From Ignavibacteriota bacterium (GTDB lineage: Bacteria > Bacteroidota > Ignavibacteria > UBA10030 > UBA6906), in NCBI GenBank assembly GCA_963801355.1, contig CAWDEM010000006.1, positions 1 to 31,446 on the forward strand: a stretch of 31,446 nt of DNA, given 5' to 3'. Shown piece after piece: positions 1 through 9,285 of this stretch (position 1 is the stretch's first letter; every line of letters begins with the position of its first letter). Under the pieces are notes generated by a model. That model did no database searches. It was not told the DNA's origin and saw only the letters and a list, made by a program, of their open reading frames with translations. A program made the position numbers and the translations under genes.

Positions 1-66
1 ACTTCCATCTCAGCAAGTCGCCGGGTGGGGAGTTCGTTCCAGATCGACGACGTCGGTGATTGTACA

Positions 67-450
67 TCAGAGGTTCTGCAGGACCCGCTCCAGACGTTTT
101 TTCACTTCCCGGGCAACCAGTTCTATCTTTGCCCCTTCCATATTACGCTCATTACCATCGGGTCGAACGCTGCCACGATGGTCTTGCCTTCCTTTTCATA
201 GACAATGACATTGCAGGGAAGGAGCAGGCCGATCTGTTCCTCGATCTGCAGCGCCTTGATGGGCAAACGGGGGATTGCATGCGCCGAGGATGACATACCT
301 GGTGAAGTCCACACCCAGCTTCTTCTTGAGTGTCTCCTGCACGTCAATGGTTGTCAGGACTCCGAACCCTTCCTTCTTGAGCTCTTCCGTCACCCGCTCG
401 ATGGCGCGTTCATACGTGAGGTCGACCGTGCGTGAAAATCCGTATTTCAT
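67..450 (-). CDS. DUF302 domain protein (two apparent frameshifts)
   Basis: MKYGFSRTVDLTYERAIERVTEELKKEGFGVLTTIDV...ILGACNP, then in another frame IGLLLPCNVIVYE, then ELVAREVKKRLERVLQNL*. Start overlaps the rhodanese stop. Confidence 0.85.
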
Positions 451-845
451 TGTTGTCCTTTCGTGCGTTGGCTGAAATTCCATTCTGCGATGCCGCCTTC
501 GAGATGTGAGGCATTGAAACCGAAGCGGCGGAGGCGGACTGCAGCGGTGAGGCTGCGATTGCCCGACTGGCAGTAGCAGATCACTTCGCGGTTCTTGTGC
601 TTCTCAAGTTCCCCCATGCGGCGCCCGAGCTCCTGCAGCGGGATGTGCAGCGAACCCGGGATCAGCTGTGCCTGCCGTTCTTTTTCTGTGCGGACATCGA
701 GTAGCACAGCCCCGGGTTCTTTCAAGCGGTCAGCAAGCTGTGCGGGCGAGTAGCGCGTAACAGTGCGTGTCAGGAGAAAACGCCGCAGGTAGAAAAGAAT
801 AACAAGTGCCAGCAGCGCATACAGGAGAATCTGGGAAATTGTCAT
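447..845 (-). CDS. Rhodanese-like domain protein with N-terminal membrane anchor
   Basis: LLDVRT..E, IPGSLHIP and active-site loop YCQSGNRS; hydrophobic N-terminus. Confidence 0.9.
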   Translation of the reverse strand: MTISQILLYALLALVILFYLRRFLLTRTVTRYSPAQLADRLKEPGAVLLDVRTEKERQAQLIPGSLHIPLQELGRRMGELEKHKNREVICYCQSGNRSLTAAVRLRRFGFNASHLEGGIAEWNFSQRTKGQQ

Positions 846-894
846 GGTGTATCCGTCACGTGTGTGATGTAGGTGTATGTCATCGATGAGGAGA

Positions 895-1359
895 TCAGTC
901 CGTTAGTTGCGCGGCGGTGTGACCGCTCAGCCTCCGGGGAGGCTTGATCGTGTAGGAGTGCGTGAGCTCGACCGATGCACGCAACATGGCTGACACCGAG
1001 CAATACTTTGTCGTGGAAAGCTCGATTGCACGTTCGACATCGGCAGGATTGATGTTCTCTCCGTAGACCACATACTCGATGTGGATCTTCGTGTAGACCT
1101 GCGGGGGATCTTCGGCAGCATCAGCATGAAGAAGGATTTCGAGATCTTCAAACGGAACCCGCTTCTTCTGGAGAATGTTCGCTACGTCGCTCGCCGTGCA
1201 GCCGCCCAGGCCGATCAGCACGAGTTCCTTGGGGCGCGCTCCTGCGTCACTGCCGCCCAACCGGGCGGGACCGTCCATCATGACCCAGTGGCCGGTATCG
1301 GCCTTTCCCGCAAACGTGACCCCCTGAATATGCTTAACTATTGCTTCTCTTTTCAGCAT
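895..1359 (-). CDS. OsmC/YhfA family protein
   Basis: GARPKELVLIGLGGCTASDV and KYCSVSAML, the two conserved Cys motifs. Confidence 0.9.
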   Translation of the reverse strand: MLKREAIVKHIQGVTFAGKADTGHWVMMDGPARLGGSDAGARPKELVLIGLGGCTASDVANILQKKRVPFEDLEILLHADAAEDPPQVYTKIHIEYVVYGENINPADVERAIELSTTKYCSVSAMLRASVELTHSYTIKPPRRLSGHTAAQLTD

Positions 1360-1434
1360 GGCATGGAATCCTTGATTAATCGAGAATAGCTACTCTGATG
1401 AGATGCACAAAGACGAAGAAAGAGGCAGAAGTTT

Positions 1435-1460
1435 GAAGCCTGACCTTAATGTCAGGCTTC
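1435..1460. promoter_or_regulatory. Perfect 10-bp inverted repeat upstream of the OsmC operon (operator or hairpin)
   Basis: GAAGCCTGAC-CTTAAT-GTCAGGCTTC, about 75 bp upstream of the OsmC start. Confidence 0.4.
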
Positions 1461-1492
1461 TTGCTCTGACTTGAAGCTAGAGAATAATGTCA

Positions 1493-1517
1493 GGGAAAAA
1501 AGCCTGAGCTTTTTCCC
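1493..1517 (-). terminator. Hairpin just downstream of the NTPase gene
   Basis: GGGAAAAAAGC-CTGA-GCTTTTTCCC, about 27 bp after the stop at 1544; no clear U-tract. Confidence 0.3.
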
Positions 1518-1543
1518 GGACTTCATGATTTCTTCATCTACCG

Positions 1544-2122
1544 TTAATCTTTGCTTGGTCTCCACAGTTGTTCCGCGATGTGGTCGGCCGAGTGGAGAGC
1601 CGGGTTCCATGTCGCAGCGGGTTGGATCTTCCAATTTTCGAGGACCTTCTGAAGAATATCCGGGCGCACAACAAGGAGGAGGCGGCCGGCATAGGATTCG
1701 AGCAAGGGGCGCAGCGCGGGTGCCCATCCGCTGCCTTCCAGTTCCAGCGGCCCAATCTCATCGACAATCACCAGATCGCATTGTCCGACAGCCGCGAGTG
1801 ACAGCGCCGCGGTGCCGAAACGGATGCCGTCATGGTTGAACCCGAAGGGGCCTACAGAGGCAACCGGATCCCGTTGATTGATCCGACAGAGCGGAATCGT
1901 GTTTCCGGTGCGTACATCTTCAATATCATAGCCGATACGCGTGCCATCTTTCACCACCACGGGAGCGCGTATTCCTGCCACGGTGCGGCCATGCTGCCTC
2001 AGTAGCGCGAGAAGGTCTTTCAGTAGTGTGGATTTTCCGGAGCCCTGCGGGCCCGTGAGGATATACACGCGCGGACGGCTTTGCGTGTCGGGGGAACCAT
2101 TGTCAGCATCCAGGCTGCTCAT
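1544..2122 (-). CDS. THEP1/NTPase_1 (DUF2478-like) P-loop nucleoside triphosphatase
   Basis: Walker A GPQGSGKST, RIGYDI, Walker B VIVDEIGPLEL. Confidence 0.85.
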   Translation of the reverse strand: MSSLDADNGSPDTQSRPRVYILTGPQGSGKSTLLKDLLALLRQHGRTVAGIRAPVVVKDGTRIGYDIEDVRTGNTIPLCRINQRDPVASVGPFGFNHDGIRFGTAALSLAAVGQCDLVIVDEIGPLELEGSGWAPALRPLLESYAGRLLLVVRPDILQKVLENWKIQPAATWNPALHSADHIAEQLWRPSKD

Positions 2123-3000
2123 CTCAGAAGGAGGTAGAGAATGACAACAAGCAGAATTGCAGCCACGAGCAGCGGCACTAAGTAACGGGATTGAAGTTTC
2201 CGGACCAGGGGGGATGTCACACGCGAGGCGTCGAACGGCCAGTGACCGAGCATCCCGAGCACATCGTGCATGGAGTGCAGACGCTCATCCGGGTTCGCCT
2301 GAAGGCATTGCTTGCAAAGTTGCACGATTGATCCGGGGACTTCTTTCCGAATGCTTGAAAGGTCCTCATCCTGCATGGGCATCCGGCCGGCGAGCATTTC
2401 AAACAGCACGACACCGAATGCCCAGATATCCGATGATGCACCACCCTCTTCACCGCGAAGCTGTTCGGGCGACAGGTAGGTGAGCCTTCCCGGGGTAACG
2501 CGGGGCCGTCGGGGCTGTGTTGCTCCGGTCAGTGCTGCAACGCCGAAGTCCAGTATCTTCACCGCACGTTCCGGGGTAATCAGAATGTTGCCAGGATGGA
2601 GGTCGCGGTGTGTAATGCCTTCATCGTGAGCTCTGGCGAGTCCTTCGGCCGCTTGCCGGGCGATCCCGATGGCATCTTCCATCGGCAGGGGTCCGCGTGC
2701 GATGGTGTTGCGAAGTGTCTCGCCGCCGTACCATTCCCTGCTTACGAAGAGTTGACCCTCCGGTGTTTCCTCGATGCCATGGATCGTGCAGATGTTTGGA
2801 TGGTCGAGGCCGGAAGCGGTGCGAGCTTCATGCATGAACCGTTCACGTGCCTGCTCGTCTGCAATGCAGCCGGGTGAAAAGAACTTGAGAGCGACCATGC
2901 GGCGAAGGCGGTGGTCCATCGCGCGATAGAGCTCTCCGGTATCTCCGGTCCCGATGCGGTCGATGATGCGGTAATGAGCGAAAGTCTGTCCGATTTGCAT
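2119..3000 (-). CDS. Hanks-type Ser/Thr protein kinase with C-terminal TM helix
   Basis: IGTGDTG, VALK, HPNI, HRDLHPGN, DFG, YLSPEQ, SDIWAFG; ends in LVPLLVAAILLVVILYLLLR. Confidence 0.9.
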   Translation of the reverse strand: MQIGQTFAHYRIIDRIGTGDTGELYRAMDHRLRRMVALKFFSPGCIADEQARERFMHEARTASGLDHPNICTIHGIEETPEGQLFVSREWYGGETLRNTIARGPLPMEDAIGIARQAAEGLARAHDEGITHRDLHPGNILITPERAVKILDFGVAALTGATQPRRPRVTPGRLTYLSPEQLRGEEGGASSDIWAFGVVLFEMLAGRMPMQDEDLSSIRKEVPGSIVQLCKQCLQANPDERLHSMHDVLGMLGHWPFDASRVTSPLVRKLQSRYLVPLLVAAILLVVILYLLLR

Positions 3001-3008
3001 GGCGTTTT

Positions 3009-3755
3009 CTAGGGCAACGGCTTCCAGACCGTCCGTGCGCGGAGAACATCTCCGGGTTGGCCGGCTACCAGCATCCGGTGGATGTATGTGTGATCTCCTG
3101 CGGCATATGTGGAAACGGTCACGGTGTCGCCGAACTTCACGGCGCGTTTGTATTCAACGTCGAGTGCACTGACATCCGCGTTCCGCCAGAGCTCCTCGGG
3201 GACCGATTCGGCCAGCCATTCGACGTAGTGCACGTTGTTTACGTGATCGTTCAGGTCGAGGTCCGATCTGCGCACACGGAATTCCGTCAGAACTTCCGGC
3301 TCACCCTGTGTGTCAAAAGCCGGAAATGGTTCAGTGACCATGCGGGGGAGGTGCACAACATGGTCTTTAGGGAGGTATGTGGCCACCGTTACCGGTCTCA
3401 TTTTGTGCATATCGAGCATGATCCAGGCACTGGATGCCACCGCGAAATACTCTTCCTCGCCTGGAAGGCGGAGCCGGAAGTCGCGGTGGGCGAACCGGCT
3501 CACGATGTCAGACGGCCAGGTCTCCACCTCCATGCCCTGCCGTCCTTTCGGGACCGAGGTCACGCGGAGCTGCAGACGCGAGAGGACCCAGGTGAGGCCG
3601 CGCTGAAGCAGTGTCTCGGTATCGAATCCCAGATCCACCGCATTGTATTCGGCGGCTTCCTGCAGGTTCTGGAAGATGATCCAGACGGGCATGCGGCCGC
3701 GCTGATCCAGTTGGTACGATTTGAGAGCGAAGTTGTACACACCGGAGTGAGCCAT
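3009..3755 (-). CDS. Acyl-ACP thioesterase (FatA/FatB-like double hotdog)
   Basis: LQEAA, WVLSR, VETWP and catalytic DLDLNDHVNNVHY. Confidence 0.9.
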   Translation of the reverse strand: MAHSGVYNFALKSYQLDQRGRMPVWIIFQNLQEAAEYNAVDLGFDTETLLQRGLTWVLSRLQLRVTSVPKGRQGMEVETWPSDIVSRFAHRDFRLRLPGEEEYFAVASSAWIMLDMHKMRPVTVATYLPKDHVVHLPRMVTEPFPAFDTQGEPEVLTEFRVRRSDLDLNDHVNNVHYVEWLAESVPEELWRNADVSALDVEYKRAVKFGDTVTVSTYAAGDHTYIHRMLVAGQPGDVLRARTVWKPLP

Positions 3756-3977
3756 GCAGACAAGATAAGAAATTCAGATTACAGATTTCATGATTCGTCG
3801 ATACGCATGGTTGCGTGCGGGACAGAGTATCGTACATGCCGTCGCCCACCTGTTACATCATACATGTTTCTCTTCGAAGCGCCCGTTGCAGATGGAACCT
3901 GTTTACGGTATCTTTACAAGTTAGAAATTGCCATGGGAATCGCGCAAGACTCATACCGACTTCGTGCAAACGGAGTA

Positions 3978-5703
3978 ATGTCCACGAGAATCCTCGTATC
4001 AGTGCTGCTCGTGCTTTATGCGGGCTGCGGCCGGATAGACGGGTTCTTGCCGGACCATCATGCCTGGCCATATCCTCCCGACAGTGCCGCGGTCACCGCG
4101 CCGCACGGTGTTGTCGTGAGTGATGAACCGCTGGCTTCGCGTGCGGGCGTCGAGATCATGCAAAGGGGAGGGAATGCCGTGGACGCTGCGGTGGCAACGG
4201 CGTTCGCGCTGGCGGTCACGATGCCGGAAGCGGGCAACATAGGCGGTGGCGGATTCATGGTTGTACGGATGCCTGACGGCACAACCGCCGCGCTCGATTT
4301 CAGAGAGAAGGCACCTCTTGCGGCCCGGCGTGACATGTATCTGAATGCTGCCGGGGAGGTAACCGAGCGTTCGGTCACCGGTCATCTTGCAGCAGGAGTC
4401 CCGGGGAGCGTTGCTGGACTCTACGAAGCGCACCGGCGTTTTGGCCGGCTGCCGTGGAGTGATGTGGTGGACCCGGCCATACATCTGGCAGACAAGGGGT
4501 TTCCTGTCAGCAGAAGCTTTGCGCATTCCGTACGCGTGGATTCCGCGCGGCTTGTGCGTTTCCGTGGATCTGCCGCTCTGTTTTTGCCCGGAGGACATCC
4601 CGATAGCGGAAGGGAGCTTCTGGCGGAATCCAGACCTTGCGCTTTGCCTGCAGCGCATCGCACAACGCGGCCCTGCCGGGTTCTATACCGGAGAAACAGC
4701 GGAGCTTCTCCTGCGGGAAATAGAGCGGGGTGGGGGGATCATCACCGCACAGGATCTGAGCGAATACAAGGCGGTCTGGCGCACTCCGGTGCAGGCGTAC
4801 TACCGCGGGTACCGTATCGTCTCCACGCCGCCGCCGTCGTCCGGGGGGATTACCATTGCGCAGATCGCGAACATGCTCGAAGGATATGATCTTCCCCGCA
4901 TGAAGTGGCATTCTCCGGAACATATCCATCTGGTTGCCGAGGCAATGAGAAGAGCGTTCGCCGACAGGAACTACTGGCTTGGCGATCCGGATGTCGTGAC
5001 GTTTCCGCAGGATTCTCTGCTATCGAAATCTTATGCGGCGGAACGCAGGTCCAGCATTGATCTCCACCATGCCACGCCGTCGCGGGAGATCCTTCCCGGA
5101 TTGATGGCGCCTGTTCATGAAGGCATGCACACCACACATTTCTCGGTGGTTGACAGTGTGGGGTGCGTGGTTGCCCTTACCACGACATTGAACCTCAGTT
5201 TCGGGTCTGCTGTTGTTGTGGAAGGAGCAGGGTTCTTTTTGAACAACGAGATGGATGATTTTTCGTCGAAGCCCGGAAGTCCGAACACGTTCGGTTTGGT
5301 TCAGGGAGAGGCCAACGCCATCGTTCCCGGGAAGCGCATTCTCTCGTCCATGTCGCCGACCATCATCCTGGATGCCACAGACTCTCCGGTACTCGTCGTG
5401 GGGGCCAGCGGCGGGCCGCACATCATCTCTGGAACATTCCAGGTCATCTCGAATGTCCTGGATTTCAAGATGCCGATTGACTCAGCAGTCAGCGCACCCA
5501 GGTTGCATCACCAGCATCTCCCCGATCAGCTCTATCTGGAGGAAAGGGGATTTTCTGCGGAAACCTGCACGGCGTTGGAGTCGATGGGGCATAAGCTGGA
5601 ATTCGTGAGGATGCTGGCCATTGCGCCGTCGATTGCCCGCACCGGGAAGGTCTGGAGTGGTGCGGCTGACACACGGAGCGGGGGGAGAGCGGTGGGGTAC
5701 TAA
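3978..5703 (+). CDS. ggt: Gamma-glutamyltransferase (one apparent frameshift near 4600)
   Basis: GGNAVDAAVA, AGNIGGGGF, LDFREKAP, VPGSVAG, autoprocessing HTTHFSVVD, LNNEMDDF, SSMSPT. Start taken at ATG 3978 before a signal-like segment. Confidence 0.93.
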
Positions 5704-5717
5704 TGCGGAGGTAATAA

Positions 5718-6242
5718 ATGTTCTGGCTCAAGTTGGTACGTGATTTCATCAAGATCCTCCGTGAGGGACAGACACCGGCGCAGGTGGCCGGAGGGTTCGC
5801 TCTCGGCTCCATACTCGGACTCTCTCCGATGCTGACATTGCAGGGCGTGGTAGTCTGGCTGCTCATCTTTGCTTTGAATGTCAACCTTTCGGCGTCCCTC
5901 GTGGCACTCACGGTGTTCAGCCTTGTTGCGTTTTTGCTGGATCCGCTTTTCCACTGGTTCGGATTCCAGGTTCTGGTGAACATCGACTCGTTGCACAGCC
6001 TCTGGACCTCGCTGTACAATGCTCCGATTGCCCCGCTCACGCGTTTCAACAATACAGTGGTGATGGGAAGCTTTCTCTGTGCGCTACTTCTCTTCATCCC
6101 TATCTACTTCGGCATGAAGCGCTTTGTCATAGCATACCGGACGACGGTGGGCGCCCGCGTGGAGAAGATGAAGATCTATCAGATAGTGAAAAGAAGCGCT
6201 CTCGTGCAGTGGTATGAGCGGCTCCGGGACATCGGAGGCTAG
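5718..6242 (+). CDS. TIGR03546 family (DUF2062-like) membrane protein
   Basis: TPAQVAGGFALG, LDPLFHWFG, LYNAPIAPLTRFNNTVVMGS; RBS GGAGG. Confidence 0.85.
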   Translation: MFWLKLVRDFIKILREGQTPAQVAGGFALGSILGLSPMLTLQGVVVWLLIFALNVNLSASLVALTVFSLVAFLLDPLFHWFGFQVLVNIDSLHSLWTSLYNAPIAPLTRFNNTVVMGSFLCALLLFIPIYFGMKRFVIAYRTTVGARVEKMKIYQIVKRSALVQWYERLRDIGG

Positions 6243-6245
6243 GCC

Positions 6246-8117
6246 ATGAGAAAGAACTTTATCCTCTTCGTCCTGATTCCGTTCATCATATTCGCGGTTG
6301 TGGCCTACTTCTTCATTGACCGCTGGATCGAATCGGGCCTCGAGTATGGGGCGGAAGACGCTGTGGGAGCAAGAGTGGAGATTGACAATCTTTCGGTCAC
6401 ATTCTCTCCCCTCGGATTGAAGTTCAGCAAGCTACAGGTGGCTGATCCGACTGATCCGTGGAGAAACATATTTGAAACGGGAGAAGTAGAAGTCGCGATG
6501 AACCTGGGCCAGCTCTTGCGCGGGAAGTACATCGTTGAAAACGCTAAGGTGAATGATCTCATTCTGGGGACCAAGCGAACGACAGACGGATCACTTCCGG
6601 GCAGCCGGGCTGTAGCTCGCAAAGGCGCGTCCACGGGGAAAACAATCAAGTTCGCAGACCTTGCTGAAGCAGCGCTGCAAAAGCGGATCATCGAACACCC
6701 GCTTGCTGGATCCGGCGATGTTCCGCACGGGAATCAATGTGGACAGCCTGTTGAAAGTGGTGGATCTGCGTTCACTGAAATTCATTGACACGCTCAAGGT
6801 GCAGGCAACCGCAGTGAGCTGCGCAGTGGCCGGCCGCAATCAACGACATCGAGAATGCCAAGCAGCGCGCGATCCTGGTCGATTCGAGTGTTCGTGCCAT
6901 CAATCCCGCGGCGCTGAAGGATGTCGCTTCGATTACTTCTGCTATCATGACAGTGGATCATGGGTACAAAGAGCTTCGGGATATTGTTTCTATACTCGAT
7001 TCCCGCCAGACCTCCATTAGAAGCGACATTAATACTATTGCTGCTTCGGCAGGCAGAATCGACGATGTTGCCAAAGAGGATTTCCGCAAGATCCTCGCCC
7101 TGGCGCGCCTCCCCGATCTCAATACCATGGGGCTTGCCGAGGCGCTGCTTGGCAAGCAATTGATTGCGAATGTGAAGAAATACCTTTCGTACGTTGACAT
7201 TGCCCGTGCGAAGATCGCGGAGTACCAACCCGAGCCGGAGATAGAAACACCGCCGCGGATGAAGGGGCAGGATATCTATTTCCCGGTGGAAACAGGATAC
7301 CCAAAATACTGGGTGCAGAAACTTGTGGTGTCCGGAGGGACCGACCGGAAACAGGATACCGAATACCTCTATGCAAAAGGAGAGGCCAAGAACATCACCA
7401 GCGACCAGCGCGTGACGGGTCTTCCGATGACCGTGCAACTCTCGGGGACGCAGTCCGGCAAGGTGTCGGCGACACTCGGAGCGCTCATGGACCGCCGGAA
7501 GCAGACGCCCCTGGATGAATACAAAGCCGGTATTACGGGGATCGGCATTTCCGATATCGGGATCGGATCGGAGAGCTTTCTCAAGGGGAAGATCACCGGA
7601 TCGCAGCTTGCCGCCGAAGTCACCGTAAGTATTCCGGGCGACCGCTTTGACGGTTCGGCCAATCTGCACTTCCGGCAGGTGGGGTTCAGCTATGCAGGTG
7701 CTCCGGCACACATCGGCGAACGGCTGGTACGTGATGTGCTGGACGGCGTGAACGGATTTGATTTGAAGCTCAGGGGATGGAAGACGGATACTGGATTTGA
7801 CGTGGCGCTGGCAACAGATCTTGACGCACTGTTCATCGGCCGGGTGAAAGCGGTGCTCGGGGCGGAGCTGAACAAGGCGCAGGCCGAATTGCGTGCGCGG
7901 GTCAATGCCATAATCGCCAAGAAGCGGCAGGAGTTCGAGACAGTCTACAATGCACGCAAGGCAGAGGTAGAGCAGCAGCTTGCCCAGTACCAGGCGCTGG
8001 TGAACGAGAAGATTTCCATCGTTGAAACGAAGAAGAAAGGAACTGGAAGAGCGGCTGGAGAAGGAGAAGAAGGGACGGATAGATGATGCGGTGAAGAAGA
8101 TCTTCAAGAAAAAATAG
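6246..8117 (+). CDS. TIGR03545 family protein (about three apparent frameshifts)
   Basis: N-terminal anchor, GARVEID, PPRMKGQDIYFP...PKYWVQK, coiled-coil C-terminus ending DAVKKIFKKK*; usual partner of TIGR03546. Fragments 6246-6788, 6661-7020, 6947-8086. Confidence 0.8.
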
Positions 8118-8234
8118 GCACGAGGCAAAAGACGAGGCACTGGGCAATAGGCACGAGGGTTGCTGACGACTCCTGTCCCCCTCGTGCCTACCGCCTAGTG
8201 CCCATCGCCTCGTGCCTATCGCCTATTGCCTATC
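8113..8234. repeat. Inverted array of 7-bp repeats forming a long hairpin between convergent genes
   Basis: Left arm AATAGGC/ACGAGGC/ACTGGGC units (8113-8159); right arm CCCTCGT/GCCTACC/GCCTAGT/GCCCATC/GCCTCGT/GCCTATC/GCCTATT/GCCTATC (8179-8234). Confidence 0.85.
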
Positions 8235-8250
8235 GTCCATTGTATCCCCT

Positions 8251-8775
8251 CTACACCGGAGCCACTGTCTGTGCCGGGGGTTTTTCTTTCGGCTTCAGGA
8301 ATGCGTAGCCGATGAGCCCGCCGAGCATTCCGAACAATGGGTCGATGACAAATGAAAGAATGATGCTTGTGGCCGACAGGCCCGAGTCCATCATGCCGGA
8401 CTCCATTTGTTCGATAGCATCCGGAGGCATCTTGTCGAGGATCCCCAATGAGCCGTACAGCCCCATGACCATGTCATACATCGCCTGACCGGTGACATTG
8501 CCAACGGTGACCAGAAGAATGCCTGTGATGATATTCCCGAACACGGCGCCAAAGACGCCTGCCAGCGCGCCGAGGGCCATACCATCGCTGTTCGTAAACG
8601 TGGGATTGTCCGGCGGGAGGTCTTTCTTGTAGAAGAACACCGCCATGAAGCCGCCGAACATCACGCCGGCGCAGCAGAGACAGTTGACAAAATTGAGGAA
8701 AGGAACCCCCGAAATGATGCCCATGATAATACCACCGTAGAGGGCGGGCATCAATTTGCTCGGTTTTTCAGGCAT
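8251..8775 (-). CDS. Conserved multi-pass membrane protein with NCLCC motif
   Basis: Gly-rich TM helices, PFLNFVNCLCC, FGMLGGLIG; overlaps the upstream gene stop. Confidence 0.75.
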   Translation of the reverse strand: MPEKPSKLMPALYGGIIMGIISGVPFLNFVNCLCCAGVMFGGFMAVFFYKKDLPPDNPTFTNSDGMALGALAGVFGAVFGNIITGILLVTVGNVTGQAMYDMVMGLYGSLGILDKMPPDAIEQMESGMMDSGLSATSIILSFVIDPLFGMLGGLIGYAFLKPKEKPPAQTVAPV

Positions 8776-9280
8776 CGAATGATCCTTTCAGGTGTGTGTG
8801 AATTGAGGATGAGGGAGAGTGCTCAAGAATCGCACCAAGGTACACGGGAAGAACAACGAACGGAAGCATCACGCCGAAGAATGCACCGGTGATCAACCGG
8901 GAGAGCGTGCCGCTCTCGTGGACACCCGAGATCGCAAGGCCGACATCAACAAGCACAGGCGCGAGGGCAAGCAAAAAAGTCAGCCTGGACGGCGTGTGCG
9001 GCGTTTGCAGCGGGCGCACGAAAGGATAGATCACCGTGCCGGCGAGGAATGCAAAATAGATCGCAGAGCATCGGGAACACGCTGCAAGAGGAAAACCGAA
9101 AAGGTGCAGCGATCGTCCATCAATCTGGTGACAGATGCGATGGAATCCCGTGTAGATCGTCTCGCCGATCGGAGTCCATGCACCGCCTGCGTGCATGAAA
9201 CCAGGTGCGGCAACCACGAGCGCGCACCAGACCGCCGTGCCCGCAAGCGCGAGGGCATATGCAATGACGACTCTGTTCAT
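8768..9280 (-). CDS. DUF2085 domain membrane protein
   Basis: ICHQIDGRS, ACSRCSAIY, RLITG motifs. Confidence 0.85.
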   Translation of the reverse strand: MNRVVIAYALALAGTAVWCALVVAAPGFMHAGGAWTPIGETIYTGFHRICHQIDGRSLHLFGFPLAACSRCSAIYFAFLAGTVIYPFVRPLQTPHTPSRLTFLLALAPVLVDVGLAISGVHESGTLSRLITGAFFGVMLPFVVLPVYLGAILEHSPSSSIHTHLKGSFDA

Positions 9281-9285
9281 AGGGC

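Noticed and set aside
1-67. Possible gene start overlapping the DUF302 stop (TGATG)
   Set aside because: Only about 22 codons are visible and there is no recognisable motif.
3057-3977. Long N-terminal extension of the 610-aa ORF (apparent ggt fusion)
   Set aside because: It is mostly the antisense shadow of the thioesterase; ggt homology starts after 3978.
6794-8140. 448-aa minus-strand ORF, and similar ones at 18474-19271 and 30524-31441
   Set aside because: Antisense shadows of well-supported genes, with no motifs of their own.
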